A stretch of DNA of 64,000 nucleotides from Polymyxa betae A26-41 (Eukaryota > Protista > Endomyxa: Phytomyxea), in assembly GCA_003693705.1 (NCBI GenBank), contig RBZT01000705.1, positions 62,001 through 126,000 of the forward strand, read 5' to 3'. The notes under the pieces are model-generated. The model was not told where the DNA came from. It saw only the letters and a list, made by a program, of their open reading frames with translations, and did no database searches. The position numbers were made by a program, and so were the translations under genes. The number at the start of each line of letters is the position of its first letter. The stretch's first letter is position 1. Below are positions 27,201-36,609 of the stretch, piece after piece.

Positions 27201-29056
27201 CCAGCTCTAAAGCTGTCACTCAACCTACGAATCGAGGGCATCACGTTGAGGTTATTCGGAGGGTGCGATTTTCGGGAACGAAGGAGCTTCAATCCTGCGT
27301 TCAGAAGCGACGGCCCTAGAACTGGGTGTACTGAGGATTATATGCAAGGCATTTGCAGGCCTCTTGAATCGAATTCGCCCGCTCCACCAGCTTCATATTC
27401 CTGCGTTAACGGTATTACCTCAAGATCAATTGAAGTGAATGTTGCATATGACTTGAAATTTCAGGCAGCGGTCGACATCGTGAAAGCGCAGATATCATTG
27501 AGATTGTCCTATCTGATTTGCAGGTTTCTCGCCGGTCGTATACTTTTTCAACGACTGTTTCCGAATCACAAAAGTTTTATGGGACCCTTGCCAGTATCAT
27601 TATCAATGACCATGTCAAGGACTCCCATTTCACAAAACTTCTCGGCCCGTTGGTGGCAAATCGTCGCAATGATCGTGTATTGCTTTGTCTTAACGTACTT
27701 AATGTCGAATCTGAATTTTTCCTCCTTAGATCAAAGCTCTGACCATCACCATCGAATCTGTTAATGCAGCGTCCTACTGCGCTGAACATCGTGTCGAGAT
27801 CCAGTTAGCTCCACTGGATTTGACATTAGATGGTGTAACGCTTGCATTCGCAATCCAGTTCGCTACCGGCATCGAATCAGTTTTGGAACCAGTTGTAGCG
27901 ACACCCCTGGAGGATGAATTGGATACAGTTCAGGTTGTAATTTTGAGTAGTTTTCGATTATCTCGATTTCGATGTCGGTTTGAGCACATTTTGATCAATC
28001 TGCAGCCTTTCTGAAACTCATGTCAATATTCAGGTTCTAGCGAACTTGGACCCGACAGTATATGTTCATTTCTTCGACTGTGCTACGACTGCTCTTAATG
28101 TCACCTATCGTCCTTCCAACGCAGATCTGGGCTGTATCAGTGGGCCTGCTGATTACATCAAGCTGCTCCAATTGTATGACTGTTTTGGTTCATTACTATT
28201 GCATACTGTTCTATGTTGCAAAGCGACTCAATGGTAGAACCAGTACTTATTTTAGTTAGGCTCCCTGTCCAAGATGCAACATTCGTGTTAAAGCACGTGT
28301 CGTTACGGGGTCTTTCTGGCTATACCAGAGCAGTTTGCGATACAATCCAAATATGGGCTCGCGATATTGCTCGGAATCAATACCATAAGTAAGAACGCGT
28401 ACAATGCTTCGCTCTGAATCCCTGTATATATGATGACTTAGATACCTTGGAAGCATTGTTCCATTCCGCTCTATGGTGCGGTTAGGCAGTAGCGTCAGAG
28501 ATTTGGTCTTCACTCCGATCTGTCATCGAATTCATCATATGGTTCCATCAAGCAATTATCATCATCGCCCCAGGTTCGATACAAGGAGCGGGAATTCAAT
28601 TCATGTTGCTCGCCAGTTTGGAACCGAAGCGGTTTCGTTGGCTGTTGTGATGTTATCGGGAACTGAAGGTAGATTTTTTTCGTACGATTCATTGATTCTT
28701 GACTGCTAATTTCTGTAGTGATGTTGGATGCCGTTGAAGGAAGAGGTCCAAATCAGGTGTACGATCGTGAGCCTTCCGGGTTCTACGATGGTCTTCGGTG
28801 TGCGTTAACATCAGTGTCAGAAGGTGCTCGTTTAGCCAGCCATAGCATCGTTGGGGTGCCATTAAAAGAATGGCGCAAGCACAACGGTGGTATTGAAGCA
28901 ATCCGGTCGTTCATTCGAGGTGTTCCTCGGGCTGTATTACAGCCGGCTCGTGCTGCTACCCATGCTCTTAAAGTCACCCTGCAAGGGCTCAAAAACACGA
29001 TCGATGCGGACTCGGCCGAGCGCAGGCGGCGGGCACGTAGACGGCATAGACGGTGA
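24215..29056 (+). CDS. ATG2: autophagy protein ATG2 (lipid transfer), multi-exon
   Basis: Chorein_N MFGVIKNRLCKYLLKRLFGRYL; ATG_C REPSGFYDGL...IRGVPRAVLQPARAATHAL..TLQGLKNTID. Confidence 0.9.
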
Positions 29057-30016
29057 TGCTGAATGTCTTGAAACTCCATTTCTCCATCTGATCTTGTCTT
29101 TATCCGTCACTAAATGCCATGTTAATATTATTTATCAAACAGTGGAGAACACGACCAGTGCCGACTACTGCAACTCCAGAGCCTATTTCGCTCGAAATGT
29201 GCAGTTTAGTATCAATTCTGTCCTATAGTTGTACCATGTCGATATGAAATCCATTCTCTCTCATGTCGTGCTGCCCTTTGCCTCGCAACTTTTCCCAGCG
29301 AGATTCAGCCTGCATTGTCATACCAGTATGATGATACCAATCACGTTGGTTAGAGAAGCCGGCGCTATCGTCCTGGTCGGTGTCTTATGGGGCTGTGAGA
29401 AACGCTAAGATAGGGTCTACCAACGGCAGCTGACGCCATCCTGATTGGCAGGCACAAATCCGTTTCTGAATCAAAAGACAGGCGCGTCCGATTCAGGGAA
29501 GAAGACTGGATCGCGACTGTATCATCTGTTTGGAATCTTCCTGAACTGGAAAGTGAGTGGGAGTTCAATATAATTAATGAATAACTGACGGATTCTGTCT
29601 GAGTTTATTCTGCCATATCTCGTGAATCAGTTAGGCTCGGCTGCTTATGTCTACACGTTGTCGAAATCTGGTTTGCAATTGGACTTTCGAATCTGCAAGA
29701 TATCTCTGATATACGATCCACTCAGATATATCGATGTCATTGCCAATTTGCAATGCCCTCGCTGTCATATTTACAGTGATAACAAGCAGGCTAATAGGAG
29801 AACATCCATTATCGAATGGTAATTTGGTGCCTGATGTCACGGTCGCTTCTTGAGATTTTTATTCAGAGGGGTTGCTTGGCGTTCTGCTTGCGATGTTGGG
29901 CATTACAATTTGCTTTTACGCCAAGCTTCAATAAACGTGTACATTTCGCAGAAAAAAGCAAAAGTCGGTAAATTTCGCCAATGGAGATTGTATTGAAAAA
30001 TTCAAGCTGGTAGTTA

Positions 30017-32467
30017 TCACAGAACAGCAGCTTGGAGAGCATTGTATTTACGTAGTAAAGCTTGATGCTCTGCCGAATCCGATGGTACTTGACATCGTGC
30101 CCCGATTAGCTCCAGGATTCGACCATCTGCAGGATGCTGCTCGAAGAATCGTTTGCTGTTGGCCGCCGGCATCGATGCAATCTGCCGGGACCAGCAATCC
30201 AGAATTTGACACAAAGCTGCATCTGATTCGTCGATCCTTCCTAAACACAGAATTCAGCTCAAATATCAAAATGGCAATAAAACAACGAGCCAATAAATGG
30301 TTTCAATTGAATATTAAATCTGATAGAGAGTATTACAATAAACGAGACCGTATTATTTGTACCTAATTTCTCGAGAGCTCTGGCGACCTGATAATAGCCA
30401 TCAGGTTGATCTGGGCGTAAGCGGACCAGATTGCGGAAACAATCGAGAGCCTTGGCCCATTGTCCATCGCTGACGAATAATTTGCCCCGAAGCAGATGCG
30501 CATTTGGCATGGAGCTGCCATCGGCACAGAGCTCGAGAGCTTTATCGCATTCTTTAGTTGCTTCGACCTACAAATAATATCTGAGAGCCTGATGCTGTCT
30601 GATCGTATGTCAAAAGGTACGAAATTGTTGGCCCGATAATGGCAAAGAGCGAGCTGGTAATGAATCTGTGAATCATGAGGCTGTAATAGAGCCGCCGTAG
30701 ATAGCGATTTCAGTGCTCGCCGTGTATCATCGAGTTTCAGATAAACCCGTCCTAATGCTAAATGGGCCTTCCAAAGACCCGGATTTGATTGAATGATCTC
30801 TTCATATACACGACATGCCTCTATAATTCATCAGATATCAGATACTCGTACAAGAGCCACTCTCTCAATAGCTACCAGGGATCCTATCAAGGCTATCCAA
30901 CGTCTTCGCTAATAGAAACAGAAGATCGTAACGATTCGGATGGGTTGGATCCGCATAAGGCAATGCTTCACGCATCCTGAATCAGAAACCATCACCGAAA
31001 CGATCAACCGACGGCGGTCGTGCTGACCTCTTCACGGCCTCCATCCGATCAGTACGGCTGCCATGCGTGACCAGATTCACGGCCAGATTGTAATGCGCTT
31101 CCAACAATCCTGGAGCGAACTTGATCGCACGACGAAAGTGTTCGTTCGCCTAATCGAGACGAGCGTTCGTCAGCAACAGCGTACTGGCCCCCCAGCAGAG
31201 GACGCGACCACGAACCTCTTTGATCTGTCCGCTCATCTGTAAGAGCTGGCCCAGGACATTATGTATGTTGGGATTGGTCGGATCCAGCACGAGACAGGTT
31301 CGGAAGGCGTCGATGGCGGGTGCTCGAAGGCCTTGCTGGACGTAGCTTTGCCCGAGCCTGCGAGAGCGTTAGAGTGAGCAACTATTGAGCGAGAGAGAGA
31401 GGAGAGCCCGACTGGGAGATGGCGGCGACGACCGCGACCCGATCCTTCTTAGAGAGAGACGATGTGAGACGATCTGGTTGTGGGAATCCTTTCACAATAG
31501 AGCCAATAGCAGTACATGATACATGAGCGATATCCATATCCGGATTACGAACAGATCCGATCAATGACGGAAGCGCGCCGACCTCGAATCTACGATGCAA
31601 TTGAGCGCTGAGGCGAACGATGGAGACACAACTGCAGCTGACGCTCGAAGTTTGTGATCGGGACCGCTGCCACAGATGATGGTTAATGTCAGCAGGCTGT
31701 TCATGGCGATCTCTTTATTCGAATCCGAGACATTACTGGTGATCTGACGTAGTAGACCGGGACATCCAGCAATGGCGCCCGTTAACGACGCTAAACAAAA
31801 AGTTAGCAAACTTTGTCGAGTTTTGAGAAACGATAAAATCTCAAGAGCACATCAAATACTTTTTTATAAAAAAAATAAAAAAATAAAAAACCTGGCTAGA
31901 TCAATGTTATCAACGGGTTCAGCTTACAGTTCTGAGCAACGTCCATGACGATGGCGGCGGCCAGACGACGAAGTTCGACGTTCTGATCGGCGAGGAGCGT
32001 TTTCAGGTTCGTGAGACCGCCCGAATAGACGATGCCTTCGCGAACAGCATCGGATGCGGCCGCCCCCATCTGCATGGTGTTCAAGATGCGAATTCGGGTC
32101 TCCAGCGAATCCGCCTCCTGAAGATGCTGGAACAGGAGCGAGGCCGTCTTCTCGGGCGTCCCGAGATTATCGTTGATCAGATAGGCGCCAGCACCAGCGA
32201 TGGCGGCCGCCACCGACCACTTGATCCGACGTCCCCAAACATCTATCATCGACGTTAAACACGAATCGCGATTCGAACGGAAACGAGACCTCGCGATTTT
32301 CGATGGACGGCGCCGGACGCGATCTTGCCGGCCTCGGCCGCCGTCTCAAGGTCGGCGGCAGATTTGTTCAGGGCGCCGGTAGCCGAGCTCGCCAGAAATC
32401 GGATCGGGTGGCGACCTTGTAGGGCGACCTGATGAATGAGTCGGGATCTGACCCATCTGGTCATCAT
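30017..32467 (-). CDS. ARM-repeat plus TPR protein with presequence-like N-terminus and one TM
   Basis: Arg-rich N-terminus MMTRWVRSRL; TM WSVAAAIAGAGAYLI; ARM GGLTNLKTLL..VELRRLAA; TPR AHLLRGKL..GQWAKAL..F..LRPDQPDGYYQVARAL; 3' end uncertain. Confidence 0.65.
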
Positions 32468-32830
32468 GGAAGACATTGATCAAATGATTGCGCGAATACC
32501 GCCGATCTGTCTCTCTCCAGAACTTGACGTCTGGGCTCAGACAGCGGCCGATACAGACCCCAAATCGGCCCCAAGACCCCACCAGCAACCATATCCAACT
32601 GAAGGGATCCCTCAGATCCCGTTCAGATGCGGTTGGCTTCAGCGATCGGGGGCCGGTATGACTCGGCCGATCCTTTTCGCAACTCTCTGGAATGATGTTG
32701 GGCATTGCTGGGCTCGATACGTTAACTGAACACCTCATTGCAATGTGGATGTCGAATGGTTGATCGGGCATGGAAGGGAATAGAAACCCTAATCACTGCC
32801 TGCCGGTCTTTCACCAAATTGATTGATGAT

Positions 32831-33425
32831 TGTAATGTTACTTTCTCAATTAAACTCTTCCCTCCTTATGATGTAATGTTACCTTCCTAATAATCCCTTC
32901 CATCGTAAATAATGTAATGCTAATCCGGCCATAGAGTGCATTCTGTTATTATGGTAGACGAGCTACCGGTAAGATCGCCGAAATCGTCATGTTTCGCCTG
33001 CTGGAGTGCAAACAGGACCAGAACCAGCTAAGAGTTGTACCGCTGTTCTTGCAGATTATCAAAGCAAACGATGGCAGAAAGAAGGCAGATCCCGCGGCTA
33101 CGAATCCGACGAATGGGTTGGTTAGGGTTTCAAATTTGAAACATACGCTATTTGAACGTGTATCGCCTGGACCTTGTCTACAGAAATGATTATCCTCAAG
33201 CGCTTCTATTATGAGGGTAGAGTGTATTAAAAAAGTAACATTACAGCATTAGGAAAGAAGGGTTTACAGTATTAAGAAAGTAACATTGTCCTATGGAGGG
33301 AAGCGTCTATTAAGAACGTAACATTACATCATAAGGAGGGAAGAATTTAAGAACGTAACATTATATCATAAGGAGGGAAGAATTTGTTAAGAACGTAACA
33401 TTATATCATAAGAAGGGAAGGGTTT
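32831..33425. repeat. bipartite inverted array of about 37-45 bp units (foldback/MITE-like or regulatory array)
   Basis: Unit TTAAGAACGTAACATTACATCATAAGGAGGGAAG: 5 direct copies at 33226-33425 and about 3 reverse copies at 32831-32921. Confidence 0.8.
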
Positions 33426-33507
33426 ACATACATGAGAGGTGCATATTGCGTATGTTATAGAGAGATGTGGTATCCCTCTGACCATTGATTATCATTCAGG
33501 TTCAGGA

Positions 33508-33858
33508 ATGCATCCGATCAGCTTCGCTGACCCAGACCGACATCCGCAATGGTTGTTGCCACTATGTCCTGTGTATTGAGATACTGACCATGTCCTGCAC
33601 AGCGCTGATCTGATTCGTGGTCTGGCGCGATGCCATGATGAACGCTCGGTGGCCAAGTTCTTCGGCGCCTGTAATGGTATCAAATCATTACTAGATCAAT
33701 GTGTTAAGAAAGAGGTCTTGTTACTATCTGCGGATCCATTTACCGGTCTCAGATTTATTCATTAGAAATTACCAAAACGGCAGAAGAATCTCGAGGAAGC
33801 ACGACGCTTGCGGGCGAAATGGGCTGAAACCAGAAAAACCCATGACGAGATAAGATAG
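33508..33858 (+). CDS. CMC2: COX assembly protein CMC2 (twin CX9C), 3 exons, absent from the ORF track
   Basis: Exons 33508-33551, 33603-33713 and 33766-33858 give MHPISFADPDRHPQCADLIRGLARCHDERSVAKFFGACNGIKSLLDQCVKKEKLPKRQKNLEEARR..*. Confidence 0.9.
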
Positions 33859-34005
33859 TCGATATTGAATCCAGATCTGTCTCTACTAAAGTATTCGTCC
33901 TTTGACTCTTCTTGGACACCAGCTTCGTAAACCCTAATACCCTAGCCAATCTTTGCCTACCTCGTCCAATACAAAGGTACGATGAATTCGTTTTTTTTGT
34001 ATGTT

Positions 34006-34557
34006 TTAGGATCCCAGGCTCACATGAATGAGCTGTTGAGCGCGCAAACCTCTGCGGATGGTAGTCCGCGAGCGCCCCCGGAACTGTGACTGATCCATGG
34101 CTTCGTGATGAATTGCAATGCCGACTGGGCCGGTATTTCTGCCCGCAATCCACAAAAGCCCTGGAATAAACATTCCAGGGCTAACCCCGCGACCCTCTCT
34201 TCGATATAGGCGTCGCGTGTTGGATTGTAGCCGGGCAGAAACTCCCGCAGACGCTGGCGTAGGGTCGCCAGTTCTTGGGCTTTTTTCTTTCGACAATGCC
34301 GGAAGAAGAGGCTCCAGGCTGTCGTTGTGTTCCTTGGCCGATTTGAGCTGTTTCGACAGCCTGGCGACTTTTTTAGAAGCCTTCCAGACGAGACCTGCCT
34401 CGTGAATAGCCCATAACTTGCTCGTCGCCACTGCGCTTTTGGATAACAAAACCTATAAAAATTCGTTTTTAGGGCTAGGGTTTATAACTCGGGATGCCTT
34501 CTTGTGTTGCGCTGTCCGTGGGTGCGTCAGGAGCCAGCGTCGTAGTGTGGGCGCCAT
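34006..34557 (-). CDS. putative partner ORF divergent from rep (spliced, possibly frameshifted)
   Basis: ATG 34557 (MAPTLRRWLLTHPRTAQHKKASR) joins in frame over a 36-nt GT-AG intron (34453-34488) to the 147-aa ORF; a second minus frame is also open to 34020. Confidence 0.4.
34466..34487 (+). promoter_or_regulatory. telo-box plus TATAA upstream of rep
   Basis: TTTTTAGGGCTAGGGTTTATAA ending 80 nt before ATG 34567. Confidence 0.4.
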
Positions 34558-34712
34558 TTTTAAACAATGGTTTCAATGTTTATTGACGATGAGGCGGATG
34601 CTGTCGACGTTGGCGAAGGTGTTGACGGTGAAGAAGAAGTTGTTGACGGTGAAGAAGAAGTCGATTTGGCAAAGAGGACTCGTTCGATGGTTTTCACGCT
34701 CCATGTGAACCA
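34515..34712 (+). repeat. left arm of 198-bp inverted repeat (rep leader plus first 146 nt of CDS)
   Basis: Reverse complement of 35714-35911 with one mismatch and no indel. Confidence 0.97.
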
Positions 34713-35866
34713 GGAACTGTTTTTTGCTGGAGGTTTCGCTCGGCTGCGCTCCGGTTGCCGGTGTTCCGGATCCTGAGCTGTTGGTCCAGGCGTTGCCTCA
34801 CAAATACCTGGTGTATGGTCGTGAAGTATGTCCGACGACGGGTTCGTTCCATCTACAGGGTTACGTGCAATTTCGTAACTCGATGTCGTTCCGCTCTATC
34901 CACGCCAAGCTCGCTCCGTACAAAGCATGGTTGCGCTGTGCGTACGGCACCGCTGCTTCCAATCGTCTTTACTGTTCGAAGGGTGGCGATTTCTTCGAGA
35001 GCGGACACTTTCCCAAAAACGAGAACGGATGCCGGTGGGAGAATGCTCTTGAACTCGCTCGCATGGGCAAGATCGACGACGTGGACGCTCAGACTCTGGT
35101 TCCATATGTGCGGTCCTTGGAGCGTCTTGAGGAACGACACATGTTTAATCAGGGCCTTCCGATTCTTGCTGAGTGTCGTAACGTCTGGGTGTGCGGTCCC
35201 ACACGTTGTGGGAAATCGTCTATTCTCACGCGGCTGTTCCGTTCGTGCGATGTTTACAGCAAGATTCAGAACAAAAACTGGTGCAACTACCGTCGTCAAC
35301 CGGTCGTATTAATCGACGATGTCGATTCGGATGGTTTCGGTCGTTGGGCGCTGTCGCATCTCAAGATCTGGACGGATTATAAACCATTTCCCGCTGAGCG
35401 TAAGTATGGTAATGTAAACATTCGGCCATATCATTTTATCATAACGTCGAACGAGACGCCGGAATCCGTCTTCGGTAATTCCGCTCCCGCCCATCGTGAC
35501 GCGGTCCTCAGTCGTTTCAAAGTCATTAACCTGTTCGACTGCTGTGGGAATGCGGCATTTTGCCGTTGTGCGACTCATCATCCCGCATTGTATCCCGAGG
35601 AGTCGTTGGTGCGTTTTATCAAAGAAACTGTCGCATGGTTTGCGTACGACGAGAAGAATCGAATTAATGTCCACTATCCCCCGGATGATCCGTTCTTTCG
35701 TGTCGAAGAGGATTGGTTCACATGGAGCGTGAAAACCATCGAACGAGTCCTCTTTGCCAAATCGACTTCTCCTTCACCGTCAACAACTTCTTCTTCACCG
35801 TCAACACCTTCGCCAACGTCGACAGCATCCGCCTCATCGTCAATAAACATTGAAACCATTGTTTAA
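34567..35866 (+). CDS. rep: CRESS-DNA virus-type Rep (HUH endonuclease plus SF3 helicase); motif I is +1 out of frame with the rest
   Basis: Motif I VFTLH (frame of 34567), motif II FHLQG, motif III YCSK, Walker A GPTRCGKS, Walker B VLIDDV, motif C IITSN, Arg finger AVLSRF. Confidence 0.93.
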
Positions 35867-35911
35867 AAATGGCGCCCACACTACGACGCTGGCTCCTGAC
35901 GCACCCACGGA
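35714..35911 (-). repeat. right arm of 198-bp inverted repeat (second copy of the rep 5' end)
   Basis: Minus strand re-encodes MVSMFIDDEA...VFTLHVNQ from 35859. Confidence 0.97.
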
Positions 35912-35942
35912 AAGCGCCAAAAGTGGGTTGCGCGGGGGTCGC

Positions 35943-35964
35943 GCACCCACTAATACTAGGGCGC
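35943..35964 (-). other. putative rolling-circle origin stem-loop with nonanucleotide TAGTATTAG
   Basis: Minus strand GCGCCC-TAGTATTAGT-GGGTGC (6-bp stem with one G.T pair); nonamer 35950-35958 matches TAGTATTAC at 8 of 9 positions. Confidence 0.75.
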
Positions 35965-36609
35965 TGTCATATAAAATAGGGTTGCAGGAGTCCAGGCTAT
36001 GATGGACTCCGGTTGCGTGCGCCTTTCGGCCATCGCCTGAGAGCATGTGGTTGTGCAGCTTCGCACATTCCCGGCCTTCACGATCGGGAGAGAAAGCGAA
36101 GAGAGAGTGAGAAGGTTACGTCTACGGGACCGTGGTCGAATTGTCGCTCAATTTCCTCTTTTGTTTATTTTTGTAAATCAATATTAATAACATTTACTGA
36201 TGGCTATGCTCTTAGAAAGAAAGCAGTGGGTCTAGTCATAACGCTTTACCGAAATGTTCTCGATTCGCTATCTTGTCCTGTCCCTGAAATCTTAGATCAG
36301 ATGTCACATGCTGTGGTTGCGTACTGTACGGTATGTAGAATCAATGATCTGTGATAATAGTTGCCGTTTTATTGCGATTTTCTGATGCTACGCTGTGCCT
36401 AAACTCATCAAATGCGCTCTCGTGATCAATATCAGCCATCCTGGTGACCGAGATTTCACTTTATCCACCCGTCAACGTTTTGACAAAAAAAAACATTTCA
36501 TAAATTATTCGCAGCTACAGCATGGCGGAATTTTTCTTTCGCCCAGAATCTGAACAGATTTCTGCATAGTAATAACCTATTTACACAATATCATGGAGAT
36601 AATCGTTAA

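Larger units (their letters stand above)
34509..36010. mobile_element. endogenous capsid-less CRESS-Rep element (core extent; may span about 33.9-36.2 kb)
   Basis: rep, inverted arms and origin hairpins between host genes CMC2 and EF-hand/WD40; no capsid ORF recognised. Confidence 0.8.

Noticed and set aside
29100-29950. Fragmentary minus-strand ORFs between ATG2 and the TPR gene
   Set aside because: Could not assemble a consistent spliced frame
33226-33425. Repeat array as CRISPR
   Set aside because: Units are nearly abutting with no unique spacers; eukaryotic context; no cas genes
35674-35859. 61-aa minus ORF as an independent gene
   Set aside because: It is the duplicated rep 5' end; the Ser/Thr/Pro Rep tail is its antisense
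35999-36354. Possible capsid ORF downstream of the origin
   Set aside because: ATG frame stops after 13 codons; other frames show no capsid-like features
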